Shown here in pieces: positions 17,639 through 27,902 of a stretch of DNA of 64,000 nt. Position numbers and translations under genes: made by a program. Under the pieces are notes generated by a model. The model had not been told where the DNA came from. It saw nothing but the letters and a program-made list of their open reading frames with translations, and searched no databases. Where the stretch lies: assembly GCA_963798485.1 (NCBI GenBank), contig CAWCTR010000017.1, positions 244,512 through 308,511 of the forward strand, written 5' to 3'. Numbering within the stretch: position 1 is the first letter of the stretch; each line of letters opens with the position of its first letter. The DNA comes from an uncultured delta proteobacterium (GTDB lineage Bacteria > Desulfobacterota > Desulfomonilia > UBA1062).

Positions 17639-18505
17639 GTGAAAACGTATGAAAAGGTTGTGGACGGTTTCAGATTCTTGCCGCCTACCTTGCGCGTCTT
17701 GCTGAAAAAAGAGATCCCTGAGACTGAGTACACAGGAGATATCCCCTGGACCCCGCTGACCAAGCCGGCTTCACAAACCATTTTTTCCCTCATGACGTCG
17801 GCCGGTGTTAGCCTGAAGACAGACCTGCCCTTCGACATGGCCCGCGAGAAGCAAGAGCCATTCTGGGGCGACCCCACGCACCGGGAGATTCCCCGAGACA
17901 CATCACAAGACCTGATTGATGCGAACCACCTCCATGTCGATACCAGCTTCATGGAGGAAGATATGAATGTGATCCTGCCGCTTGCACGGTTTGCTGAGTT
18001 CGAGAAGGAGGGCGTGATAGGAAGGCTTGCACCGAGTAGCTATTCGTTTTACGGATACCAGCACGATTTCACGTTTCTTCTGGACAAGACCATGCCCAAG
18101 GTAGCCTCACATATGCATGATGAGGGGGTGGAAGCCGTCGTGCTCACCCCTGCGTGCCCCTTGTGCTGCCGGTCCGTGGGGCTTGTCGCAAGATACCTCG
18201 AGGCACAGGGCTTTTCCACGATATGTCTTACCATGATCCCGGAATTCCACCGGCAGATCGGCATCCCACGGGTGGCGGCCATTGAACACCCCTTCGGAAG
18301 GCCGGTGGGCCAGGTACACGATGTGATGGGCCAGCGGCAGGTCCTTCGAGAGATGATTGCCTGCCTGGAAAAGATCAATAAGCCGGGCGGAATATGCCAC
18401 CTGCCGTTTACCTGGCCGGAAGAGCCGAAGGAAACCAAATGGCACCCACCTGAGATCTCTCCGATTCTTAAATTCTTCAAAGATGAGATCTTAGAAGGTA
18501 CGTAA
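17639..18505 (+). CDS. Glycine/betaine/proline reductase component-B-like protein (GrdB/PrdB family), Cys form
   Basis: PWTPL.KP, LMTSAGV, GDPTHREIP, DMNVILPL, EGVEAVVLTPACPLCCRSVGLVAR, PFGRP; start uncertain. Confidence 0.75.
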   Translation: MKTYEKVVDGFRFLPPTLRVLLKKEIPETEYTGDIPWTPLTKPASQTIFSLMTSAGVSLKTDLPFDMAREKQEPFWGDPTHREIPRDTSQDLIDANHLHVDTSFMEEDMNVILPLARFAEFEKEGVIGRLAPSSYSFYGYQHDFTFLLDKTMPKVASHMHDEGVEAVVLTPACPLCCRSVGLVARYLEAQGFSTICLTMIPEFHRQIGIPRVAAIEHPFGRPVGQVHDVMGQRQVLREMIACLEKINKPGGICHLPFTWPEEPKETKWHPPEISPILKFFKDEILEGT

Positions 18506-18735
18506 GCAGGAAAGGAAATAATTGTGCTGCTACGATCCTTTGGCCTTCAGCTTCGCTTCTATGAGCTGGGAATGGGAGAGGCGGAGCAGAACGGCAAGAC
18601 TGTGAACCAGCTGGTCTTCGTGACCATCGAGCCTGCCGTCTGCATAGATCACCTTCCAGACAAGCTCTGTCACGCGATATTTATACTGGCCATCCACCTG
18701 TGAATTCGGGTAAAGGAAAGAAAGAGGAGACGCCT

Positions 18736-19935
18736 ATGAAGCGAAGAGACTTTCTGAAAGCGGCAGTAGGTGTATCAGTAATGGCAGTATGTCCGGTCAC
18801 AGGCGGTATAGGTAAAACTCAAGTCCCTCGCAAGGGTAAGCCGCATTCACCAGGTAGTCTTGCAAAAGTCTATCTGGCAGGGGTTAACAAAGGCGCCTCT
18901 GAAAAGGCAATAAAGTCGGCTGTTAGCGAATCGGCCCGGGCAGCCACTGACTTCTCCTGGCTGTGCAAAGGCGATACGGTATTTATAAAACCGGTTGTAA
19001 ACTCGGGCAACCCTTATCCCGCCACCACCAGCCCTTTTGCCGTAGCCGCCATGGTCGAGCTCCTCAAGGAAAAGGGGGCCGGCCGGGTGATCGTGGGGGA
19101 CATGTCGGGCGTTGAGAACGTGAGGTTCTCTTCAACAGGGCTTTCCGGCAGCTCACGCAAGTTGATGGAGTCTTCCGGTATGGCTAAGGTTGTGCAGGCC
19201 GTGGGCGCTGAGCTCCATTGTTTTGAAGAAGCCGGGTGGAATGCCTTCTATGAAGACATGCCGGCCCCAGGTTCCCAATGGAAGCGGCCCCTTATGATGC
19301 CGAATATCCTCAAAGAGGCGCAGCATATAGTCCTCATGCCCCGTTGTAGTCGCCATATACTGGCTGGAAGCACTCTCGGTCTGAAGGCTGCGGTGGGATA
19401 TTGGCGCCATGACACGCGCCTGGAATATCACCGGGATGCCGCCACTTTCCAGGAGAAGACCGCCGAAGGCAATACCGTTGACACCTTGCGCAAGAAACAG
19501 CGGCTTGTTATCACCGCCGCAGATAAGATACTCACCACCTTCGGTCCGGATAAGGGTTATGTCTTTGCTCCGGATAACGGCCTTATCATCGCCTCACCCT
19601 CGGTAGTGGCCCATGATATGGTTTCGCTCGCCTGGCTCCTGGAAAACAGGCGGTCCATACCTCAGTCGCAAAAGGATGATTTTATGGATACCAGCACGGT
19701 TGCCCCCAGGTTTGCCAATCACATAGTAACTAGCTGGCTTGGCGGATGGGGGCCGGCTATTGCCTCTGAAACGCTTACCAAGAATGAACTCAAAACCATC
19801 TGGGATGACCGGGTCATCACCCGTGCCTGTGAGGTCTTTGGAGGCGTGCCCGGGATTACCCTCGAACCGGTCAACAAAGCGCTACCCGAACTGCTGAAGC
19901 AGCGTCTGGGCGGGATGATAGTCCTTCCAGCCTAG
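18736..19935 (+). CDS. Tat-exported DUF362-domain protein
   Basis: MKRRDFLK twin-arginine leader; GDTVFIKP..NS, TLGLKAAVG. Confidence 0.75.
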   Translation: MKRRDFLKAAVGVSVMAVCPVTGGIGKTQVPRKGKPHSPGSLAKVYLAGVNKGASEKAIKSAVSESARAATDFSWLCKGDTVFIKPVVNSGNPYPATTSPFAVAAMVELLKEKGAGRVIVGDMSGVENVRFSSTGLSGSSRKLMESSGMAKVVQAVGAELHCFEEAGWNAFYEDMPAPGSQWKRPLMMPNILKEAQHIVLMPRCSRHILAGSTLGLKAAVGYWRHDTRLEYHRDAATFQEKTAEGNTVDTLRKKQRLVITAADKILTTFGPDKGYVFAPDNGLIIASPSVVAHDMVSLAWLLENRRSIPQSQKDDFMDTSTVAPRFANHIVTSWLGGWGPAIASETLTKNELKTIWDDRVITRACEVFGGVPGITLEPVNKALPELLKQRLGGMIVLPA

Positions 19936-19991
19936 ACAACAAAGAATAACCTGTTGTCCGCTCCCCCTGGCTGGTGTGAGGGGAACATGCT

Positions 19992-20014
19992 GTAGGAGCG
20001 GCTTAAGCCGCGAT
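19992..20014 (+). repeat. GTAG-type REP element
   Basis: GTAGGAGCGGCTTAAGCCGCGAT; related copies at 40141-40196. Confidence 0.65.
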
Positions 20015-20037
20015 GAATTTAATAAGGCCGTTGTGCC

Positions 20038-21363
20038 TCATGGCCTGCCAATGCTGTAATAGGTGAAACCATTCGAGCGCACCTCAGAGGCATTAAGGAT
20101 ATTACGGCTATCAACAATCACCGGCCTTTTCAGGAGTGATTTGATACGCTTTATATCCGGGCTCTTGAACATGTTCCACTCTGTGATAATGGCGAGGCAG
20201 TCGGCTCCATCGAGGGCCTCATAGGCATCGTCAGTATACCGGATACGATCTTGGAATATCTCGCGGGCATTGTCCATGCCCTTGGGGTCATATGCCCTGA
20301 TCTTTACTCCATGGCTCATGAGGTTGTTGATGATGTCGATGGCCGGAGACTCCCTCACATCGTCGGTCTTGGGCTTGAAGGTGAGTCCCCATATTGCAAC
20401 GGTAAGGCTGCTTACATCTTCATCTTTGAAATGGTTCAGAATTCTTTCTGCGACATAGTGTTTCTGACGCTTATTTGCCCGCCACGTAGCCTCGCAGATC
20501 TCAAGGGTATGGTCGTTGCTTCTGGCTGTTGCAATAAGGGCCTGGACGTCTTTTGGAAAGCAGGAACCGCCGAAGCCGGGCCCGGCAAGCAGAAACCTGG
20601 GGCCGATGCGCTCGTCCGTTCCCATGCCTTCACGCACAAGGTCTATGTTCGCACCGAGTTTGTCGCAGAGAATGGCGAGTTCATTGATGAATGAAACCTT
20701 GGTTGCCAGGAAGCAGTTAGATGCATATTTCGTGAGCTCAGCGCTCCTTATGTCCATTACCAGGATAGGGTGGTTCGTAGTACGGGTAAAGGGGTTGTAC
20801 AATTCCTTGAGGATTTCGGCCGTTCGCACGTTATCGGTACCGATAATCACCCGGTCAGGACGCATGAAATCCTGGATGGCATTGCCCTCCTTGAGAAATT
20901 CAGGATTGGATACCACGTCGAATTCTATGTTTTTCAGGCCGCGGCCACCCAGTTTTTCCCGGATGGTGGTGCGGACCTTTTCCGCAGTCCCGACGGGTAC
21001 GGTGGATTTGTCCACGATGATCTTGTACTCATCGATGATATCGCCCAGCTGAGAAGCGACGGTAAGGACAGAGGAGAGGTCGGCCGATCCGTCTTTGTCC
21101 TGGGGCGTGCCGACACAGATGAAGCAGAGCAGGCTCTGGCTGACACCTTCGGTCATATCCGTGGTGAATTTTATCCGGCCTTCTTGTGCGTTACGGGCTA
21201 TGATCTCCTTAAGCCCCGGCTCATAGATGGGGATCTCACCATGCAGCAATGATGAGATCTTTTCAGGGTTTTCATCCACGCAGATAATATCATTACCCAT
21301 CTCGGCCAGGCATGCCCCGGTTACTAAACCAACATAACCGCTGCCAATCATGCAAATTTTCAT
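20038..21363 (-). CDS. ugd: UDP-glucose 6-dehydrogenase
   Basis: GSGYVGL, KSTVPVGT, NPEFLKEG, GFGGSCFPKD, FKPKTDDVRESP. Confidence 0.95.
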   Translation of the reverse strand: MKICMIGSGYVGLVTGACLAEMGNDIICVDENPEKISSLLHGEIPIYEPGLKEIIARNAQEGRIKFTTDMTEGVSQSLLCFICVGTPQDKDGSADLSSVLTVASQLGDIIDEYKIIVDKSTVPVGTAEKVRTTIREKLGGRGLKNIEFDVVSNPEFLKEGNAIQDFMRPDRVIIGTDNVRTAEILKELYNPFTRTTNHPILVMDIRSAELTKYASNCFLATKVSFINELAILCDKLGANIDLVREGMGTDERIGPRFLLAGPGFGGSCFPKDVQALIATARSNDHTLEICEATWRANKRQKHYVAERILNHFKDEDVSSLTVAIWGLTFKPKTDDVRESPAIDIINNLMSHGVKIRAYDPKGMDNAREIFQDRIRYTDDAYEALDGADCLAIITEWNMFKSPDIKRIKSLLKRPVIVDSRNILNASEVRSNGFTYYSIGRP

Positions 21364-21653
21364 TTCTTCTCCCTAAAGAATATTGCCCATTAATTTTTTT
21401 ATGTCCTTTTACTTATGAACTTGCAAAAAGTCAAAAGGGTTGTCAGTTAATATGGAGACAAGAGGCCAGGGAATACAACTATTTCAAGAGAACATGCCGA
21501 TAGATATGCTATCCCTTGACAATACTAAAAAGTAACAAATGACAAGCTCAGTGAAAAAATCATGAATGATATGGACTCTATCTGCCTGTGCGCTATCAAG
21601 CATATCTCCACTCATGTATGCGCATGATCCCTAATCCCTAATCAGATGGGTGG

Positions 21654-22112
21654 TCAAGGCATTTCGAATTCCGTATCCGGATGCCTTACTGAGAGTACGG
21701 GGCAGGGGGCCTTCTTGACGATCTTTTCTGCCGTGTGTCCAAAAAGCACTTGTTTGAGCCCTGTGCGGCCATGGGATCCGACCACGATGAGATCTATCTG
21801 ATCGTTTCGGGCGAACTGAATGATCTCGTAGAAGGGGACTCCATGTAGGATATAGGTATCACAGTGCATTTCGTTCGGTACGATCGTACTAACCATCTCT
21901 TCAAGCTTGGTTGATGCATTCTGCTCGAATTCAAGATAGAGTTGCGGGAGGATGGCTGGGCTAAGGGTGTATTCAGAGAACTCTGTGAAGTCCTGTAAGA
22001 CATGCGCGAGATAGAGCCTCGCTCGGAACAACTTGTTCAGATCTACTGCAAAACTGAATGCATACTGGGAAGTAATACTGAAGTCGGTAGGTATGAGTAT
22101 TTTATTTATCAT
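21654..22112 (-). CDS. Universal stress protein (UspA)
   Basis: KILIPTDFS, DLIVVGSHGRTG, GHTAEKIVKKAPCPVL. Confidence 0.92.
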   Translation of the reverse strand: MINKILIPTDFSITSQYAFSFAVDLNKLFRARLYLAHVLQDFTEFSEYTLSPAILPQLYLEFEQNASTKLEEMVSTIVPNEMHCDTYILHGVPFYEIIQFARNDQIDLIVVGSHGRTGLKQVLFGHTAEKIVKKAPCPVLSVRHPDTEFEMP

Positions 22113-22185
22113 GATGTAAGAAATTAACTTTGATTTCGCATTTGTCAATACAGCGATTCTTGCCATTATCCCCCCAACCCTGTAT

Positions 22186-22767
22186 ATGAGGCCTCAGATG
22201 AAGCTTTCTGTACATATTCTTGCATGTATAATCCTCCTGGCCGGTTGCGCTCATATGGAGGTGCCGGTACAAAAGGTATATCCATTCCGCGCCGAGTTCA
22301 TTGCACAGGGGAACATTCAAGGTAAGAATATGAGTGTGAGCGGCGCTATATATCTCACCTCCAGCAAGACAGGCATTATTCAGACCTACCTTCCCGGTGG
22401 TATGCCGTCCAACACGATCGACATCCAGGAGGATAAGCTCGTCATCAAGGATCTATGGGGTAGAGAGATGGACATGATAAAACTTCCGATAAGTGGGGTA
22501 TCAGGCCTGATTGCCGGTGACATGCCCTCACAGAGGTACCTGTATAAACAAAAGATCCCGGGCGGAATGAAGGTTGTATATACGTGGGGGGTCTTACGGG
22601 TTAATGATGCCACTCTCCCTACGGAAGTTCATGTGCCAAGTGTCGTGGCGCTTGATCTTTTCTTCAAGCCTGCTGGAAAAAATGTTACTATGGAAGTGAA
22701 CTATGGAAAGGATGTTATATCGATTTTGTTTATGGTCAAACAAGGGGGAAGGTGGGCCTCATCATGA
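22186..22767 (+). CDS. Hypothetical lipoprotein
   Basis: LLAGC lipobox; beta-rich body. Confidence 0.55.
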   Translation: MRPQMKLSVHILACIILLAGCAHMEVPVQKVYPFRAEFIAQGNIQGKNMSVSGAIYLTSSKTGIIQTYLPGGMPSNTIDIQEDKLVIKDLWGREMDMIKLPISGVSGLIAGDMPSQRYLYKQKIPGGMKVVYTWGVLRVNDATLPTEVHVPSVVALDLFFKPAGKNVTMEVNYGKDVISILFMVKQGGRWASS

Positions 22768-22801
22768 AGGGCAATGATAAATAAAGGGGAGATCTGTATC
22801 C

Positions 22802-23134
22802 ATGTTTATAGTCAAGTGTCAGACTTGCGGCAAAAAAACGGTGTGGGATGACTTCCAGCCCACTGACATACGGTGCGGCAAATGTGGAGAGCGCCTGAAT
22901 GTTCATAAAGAACTAAAGAGAAACATCAGCGCAAGGGAACAGGGAGAGGTCGGAATAATACATTACTGCCCGCGTTGCAGGGGTATTGTCCGGCGCAGGT
23001 GGTTTATTAAGTGCCCTCACTGCAACTATTGGCTCTTGGGCCCATTTTCATTTTACGATAAATTGGCAATTACCCTGTTGATCGGCGTGGCATATATCAT
23101 CTTCTCCGTCATCTACCTTGTCTATTTCCACTAA
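22802..23134 (+). CDS. Double zinc-ribbon protein with C-terminal TM helix
   Basis: Four CxxC pairs (CQTC, CGKC, CPRC, CPHC) and a hydrophobic C-terminus. Confidence 0.65.
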   Translation: MFIVKCQTCGKKTVWDDFQPTDIRCGKCGERLNVHKELKRNISAREQGEVGIIHYCPRCRGIVRRRWFIKCPHCNYWLLGPFSFYDKLAITLLIGVAYIIFSVIYLVYFH

Positions 23135-23187
23135 GTTCATGGATCAAGGTATGCAGCGCCTAAAATATTTCTGTTTCTGATTATTAT

Positions 23188-23553
23188 ATGGGTGATTCGC
23201 ACATAAGCCCTGAAAAGATTCATGCACTTGAAGAACGTATGAAGGATCTCGGGATACAAGAGAAGGACATTGAAGAAAAGTTCATCCGTTCTCAGGGCAG
23301 AGGGGGGCAGAAGGTGAACAAATCTTCCTCATGTGTATACTTGAGGCATACTCCTACCGGCATCAAGGTGAAGTGCCAGAAGGACAGGAGTCAGGCCATG
23401 AATCGATTTTTCGCGAGGCGCTTGCTTGCAGATAAGGTCGAAATTATCCTCCTCGGTAGGGATGCTTCATCAGCCCGAAACTCGGACAAGATCCGCAAAC
23501 AGAAACAAAAACGTACAAAGAGGGCGCGAGAGAAGGCAAACCGGGCGCTATGA
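23188..23553 (+). CDS. ArfB-like peptide chain release factor-family ribosome rescue protein
   Basis: RSQGRGGQKVNK GGQ motif, RSQAMNR, basic C-terminal tail. Confidence 0.85.
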   Translation: MGDSHISPEKIHALEERMKDLGIQEKDIEEKFIRSQGRGGQKVNKSSSCVYLRHTPTGIKVKCQKDRSQAMNRFFARRLLADKVEIILLGRDASSARNSDKIRKQKQKRTKRAREKANRAL

Positions 23554-23654
23554 ACAAATCAAAGGATCCATCTTTTATCATTTAGGGTGTCTTATAGGAG
23601 AGTAATATCTTGAGATACCTCCCTTTAAGATGCCATACGTTAAGGAGATGATAT

Positions 23655-24492
23655 ATGGACAATAAAGACGGATATCTTATGGATAATCCCGACGAAGCAT
23701 TAAGGCTTGATGTGAAGACTGACCCCGATGCGGTACGAAAGCAGGCGCTCCTGTGTGGAATCGGACCCGGAGCGAGGATCCTTGATGGCGGATGTGGTTC
23801 TGGGAAGACGACATCCATACTCTATGAGATGAGTCAGCCGAATGGGTTCACTATGGGTGATAGATTATTCCGAGGATCGCATTCGCTTTGCAAAAGAGCA
23901 CTACGGAAAAACAAATGGTATCGGATTCTTACAACGGGATCTCAGGGGATCCCTTGCCGACCTTGGACAGTTTGATTTCATATGGATCCGGTTCGTTTTA
24001 GAACACTACCGAGAAGGGGCCATTGATATAATCAAGAACATCACAGCTTGCCTGAGACCGAATGGAAGTTTATGCCTGCTTGATCTCGATTACAATTGCC
24101 TGAGCCACTTTCCAATGAAGCCCGAGATGGAATCGATGCTCCAGAAACTGATAGGTAAGATGATGAATAAGTTCAACTTCGATCCATTTGTGGGCAGGAA
24201 GCTCTACACCTATCTCTATGACCTCGGATACCGGCACATCGAGGTAAATCTCTTTCCCCATCACCTGATCTACGGAGAGCTCAGATCCAGTGATGACTTT
24301 AACTGGATCAAGAAGATAGAGATGGCCTCAATGAAGGCAAAGGACCTTTTTCAGGAATACCCGGGTGGTTATGATACCTTCTTCCATGACTTCAATACAT
24401 TCTTCCATGATCCGAGGAGGTTCACCTATACCCCCCTCATGATATGTACCGGGAAAAAACCGAGAAATAAATTGAAAATACCGTCTGAGTAA
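23655..24492 (+). pseudogene. Class I SAM-dependent methyltransferase interrupted by a 1-nt frameshift (or sequencing error)
   Basis: ORF 23655..23975 has motif I (LDGGCGSG); ORF 23842..24492 continues IDYSEDRI...FDFIWIRFVLEH...LRPNG; removing one base near 23857-23859 joins them. Confidence 0.8.
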
Positions 24493-24620
24493 TATAGTAT
24501 TGAAATCAAGAATATAATAGTATAGTAATATCACAAGGTGTATAGTATAATGAAGATAAACGATATCTTGATATTATTCTATATTATTCTTCATATTAAG
24601 GCATAGGGGGATTAACAACA

Positions 24621-25451
24621 GTGAGTCTGAATTATTTAAATTGGAAAGATGAGCATAAGTCAACACTAGAAACTTTTCCGAATAAGAAAGTATTGATGCT
24701 GTACACGGGAGGAAAAGACAGTTCAATCATCTTGCATTTTCTCCTTTCCGCAGGGAAAGAGTTTGGGTTTGATTTCGACACAATTGCTGCAACTTATCCG
24801 AATCAAGTTTTTCCAGATAGTGAGATAAAAGAGCTTGATACCTACTGGCGTTCAAAGAATATAGAAATCAAATGGCATAATCTGAACACCTCCGATTCAT
24901 TGCTTTCAGATGCTGAGAAGGATGGGAAAAATCCATGTTATGTTTGTCATAAGATAAAGAGGGACTACCTTTTAACCCTATTGCGTGGGATTGAACAACA
25001 AAATAAAGATATTATCATTATTTTAAGTTTTACCCTATGGGATCTCGTAAGCTATACGGTTGAATATCTGGTGGGCGGAATTTACAGCCAGAAAAGCAAT
25101 AATGAAAATCATAATGAAAAATCTCCTGAACAGAGATTTATCGAAACATCTCAACGTTTCTATCCGGTTATACAATTGAAAGATGACCTTACAATCTTCA
25201 AGCCTCTGCTGAAGTATAATGACAACGAAATATCGAAAATAGTAACCGAAGAGAAGATCCCCTTATCACGTGCAGTATGCACATATAAAAGATTTACGCC
25301 GAAACGCATATTGTCTGATTACTATCATCAAATAAATGCAGATTATGATTATGATAATGTATTAAGGTATGCGAAAAGCTCCCTTAAATTGAATGAAATA
25401 TCTTATTACACGGATCTTGCTAAAGACGATTTCATAAAAAATGTGTTATAG
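24621..25451 (+). CDS. Divergent PP-loop ATPase (TtcA/TilS-like adenine nucleotide alpha hydrolase)
   Basis: LYTGGKDS PP-loop, NPCYVCH..KR, IFKPLL. Confidence 0.7.
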   Translation: MSLNYLNWKDEHKSTLETFPNKKVLMLYTGGKDSSIILHFLLSAGKEFGFDFDTIAATYPNQVFPDSEIKELDTYWRSKNIEIKWHNLNTSDSLLSDAEKDGKNPCYVCHKIKRDYLLTLLRGIEQQNKDIIIILSFTLWDLVSYTVEYLVGGIYSQKSNNENHNEKSPEQRFIETSQRFYPVIQLKDDLTIFKPLLKYNDNEISKIVTEEKIPLSRAVCTYKRFTPKRILSDYYHQINADYDYDNVLRYAKSSLKLNEISYYTDLAKDDFIKNVL

Positions 25452-25519
25452 AGAATACATGCGGGTGATTTTATGATCTGCATCTGTATATATGCTTTAA
25501 AGGATACGGGGGCATTGCT

Positions 25520-27598
25520 ATGGAAGGCATTGATATTTCGAATGGGAAGATGTCACAGGTCATTCTGTTTAAGCGATCTGATCTGAAAAAATCAATAATT
25601 TCGAAATCAACGATCAACCAGAGAAATTTCATCAACTTTTTCAACTTCAGGAAATTTACTGATGGGCAATTGTTTGCTATCATGATTTACCCTCTTACGA
25701 AAGAGGAGTTTCTATTCAAGGTAATACCTGGTTCGTGCATAGGATCAGAAGTAACCTTATCCCTGTCTGAAGGATCGAATCTGAAATTCGAAGGTTTTCT
25801 CTTCAAAGGTCTGCTGATCGACACAGGGAAGTCGGTGATTATAATGCAAGGGGATCCGATTCTAAGCACATCTCGTGAGTTAACCATAAGACTACGGAAA
25901 TCAGGGACTATCTACAATGCCCGTCAAGCCAAGAGATACCTGTGTCAAAACGTGAATGCCAGGATCTATTCCGGCAGTGGAGAATATTCTGGAACTCTCT
26001 GGGAATTTAATCCCACAGGTTTGCGCATAGATCTGCTAGACTTCAAATCCCCGGAATCCGGCCCCCATGTTTATACTGAGCTCATAAAGGTGGAGCTGAG
26101 ACGTGACGACAAGCTGATATTCTCTGGTATATCCAAACTCATTCGCATTGAGAACAACGGCAAGACGGTCGTTCTCGCACCCATGAACATCCCCCAGATA
26201 CGATACAGCGAGAGAAAAAACCGCAATCCACGCTTGAACCTCGTCCCTAGACCTGATGTGAAATTTACCCACCCTTTAACCGGCAAGAGGGTTTCCTATG
26301 ATATCATCAACATCAACTCTTCGGGCTTCTCCGTCATGGTGGAGTCCGATTCAACGCTCCTCATGCCGGGTATGATTATTGATGAAGCCTCCATAGAGTT
26401 TGCAGGCGGTCTTAACATAAAGTGCCCGGTGCAGGTCATTTATGGAGAAAAGAAAAGGAACAAGTTCATACAGTATGGGTTTATGATAACTGATATTGAT
26501 GTTAAATCCTATAACCATCTGTTCAATGTTATTACCAGGGCCGATGACCCCTATGCACGTGTCTCTTATGATGTGGAGATGTTATCACTCTGGGACTTTT
26601 TCTTTGAATCCGGGTTTATTTACCCGGAAAAGTATACTTGTATCGAACAGTATAAAGACGATTTCAAAAATACATATGAGAAGCTCTACCACCATTGTCC
26701 TGATTTGTTCGCGAATCTCACCTATGAACGTAATGGGTTGATATATGGTCATGTCTCCCTGATAAAGGCATATGAAAGGTCCTGGCTCGTCAATCACCTA
26801 GCAGCGAAGCGAATGGGGCTCAAGATCACCGGGTTAAATGTCCTGAGACAGATCCTGAACTATTTTGATATCTTCTCCCGTATGCCCTCAATAGATATGA
26901 AGTATTTAATTATGTATTTCAGGCCTGACAATAATTTCCCGAATTATTTTTTCGGAGGATACTGCAGGGCTGTTGATAATCCGTCGCACCTCTCCATGGA
27001 TATCTTTGCCTATTTAACCTTGGAGGTTTCTAACTCGATTCCGGCACTGCCTGACAATTGGGCTCTTAGACAAGGGACAACTCAGGACATCCAGGATCTG
27101 CGTTCTTCATATAAGGAACTTTCCGGCGGGCTCATGGTGGATGCCTTCTGCCTTGATGTACCAAAAATGCCTGGGGAATCTATTGAGGACTTATATGAAA
27201 AGCATGGCCTCAGAAGGCAATGCAATATATACACGCTGTTTTACGATGATAAACCCCAGGCATACTTTGTGGCTGACCACAGCGACAAAGGAATCAATCT
27301 CTCAGATCTTATCAACAGTATAAAAGTCATCGTCCCTCATAACAGCTCGGTTCCCTGGCATGTGCTCCATGAAGCCATCTGTGAATGCAGCAGAGATTAT
27401 GGCACAAAGACGATCACCATCCAGGTCTTTCCTTGCGAATACCTGGACAAGCAGGGTATCCAGTATAAAAAAAAGTATGTAATGTGGGTGCTGGACACCA
27501 AGTATTTCCATGCCAGCATTGATATAATTAAAAGCATGGCACGTTTCAGCCTTATTAAATATTTGAAGAGAACTATCAGTAATTTTATAAGAAGGTAA
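25520..27598 (+). CDS. Tandem-PilZ protein with uncharacterised (possibly GNAT-like) C-terminal half
   Basis: RQAKR/EFNPTG and RNPR/NINSSG PilZ-like motif pairs; C-terminal GHVSLIKAYERSWLVNHLAA. Confidence 0.65.
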   Translation: MEGIDISNGKMSQVILFKRSDLKKSIISKSTINQRNFINFFNFRKFTDGQLFAIMIYPLTKEEFLFKVIPGSCIGSEVTLSLSEGSNLKFEGFLFKGLLIDTGKSVIIMQGDPILSTSRELTIRLRKSGTIYNARQAKRYLCQNVNARIYSGSGEYSGTLWEFNPTGLRIDLLDFKSPESGPHVYTELIKVELRRDDKLIFSGISKLIRIENNGKTVVLAPMNIPQIRYSERKNRNPRLNLVPRPDVKFTHPLTGKRVSYDIININSSGFSVMVESDSTLLMPGMIIDEASIEFAGGLNIKCPVQVIYGEKKRNKFIQYGFMITDIDVKSYNHLFNVITRADDPYARVSYDVEMLSLWDFFFESGFIYPEKYTCIEQYKDDFKNTYEKLYHHCPDLFANLTYERNGLIYGHVSLIKAYERSWLVNHLAAKRMGLKITGLNVLRQILNYFDIFSRMPSIDMKYLIMYFRPDNNFPNYFFGGYCRAVDNPSHLSMDIFAYLTLEVSNSIPALPDNWALRQGTTQDIQDLRSSYKELSGGLMVDAFCLDVPKMPGESIEDLYEKHGLRRQCNIYTLFYDDKPQAYFVADHSDKGINLSDLINSIKVIVPHNSSVPWHVLHEAICECSRDYGTKTITIQVFPCEYLDKQGIQYKKKYVMWVLDTKYFHASIDIIKSMARFSLIKYLKRTISNFIRR

Positions 27599-27902
27599 TG
27601 AATACATCTCCATTTTTCCTTTAGTGTTGTGACCATTACTTCAGGGTGAAGATCATAAATAGAGATTTGTAAGAAACTCCTGATCTTTTTTGAGGAAACT
27701 GAAATCTTACCCCGCTAAAGCACACTTTCTCCCACACCAGCATGATCAGTTCATTATGAAAGAATCACTTAATGTTTTACCCTCATAATGACGATACTTT
27801 TAAATTAGTAAAGATATATAATTTTCTAAAAAGGATCCTGAGAGCCTATAATTTTTTTGATGTTAATAAATATATGTATCACCTGAAAGGCAGCATGAAT
27901 AT

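Noticed and set aside
18506-18700. Possible ~59-codon ORF or gene remnant between the grdB-like and DUF362 genes
   Set aside because: No recognisable family or clear start
21414-21432. TATGAACTTGCAAAAAGTC resembling a MITE/IS end seen in deltaproteobacteria
   Set aside because: No matching inverted partner or transposase found in the window
24493-24600. Short direct repeats (TATAGTA, ATATTATTCT x2)
   Set aside because: Plausible by chance in very AT-rich DNA; no CRISPR-like spacing
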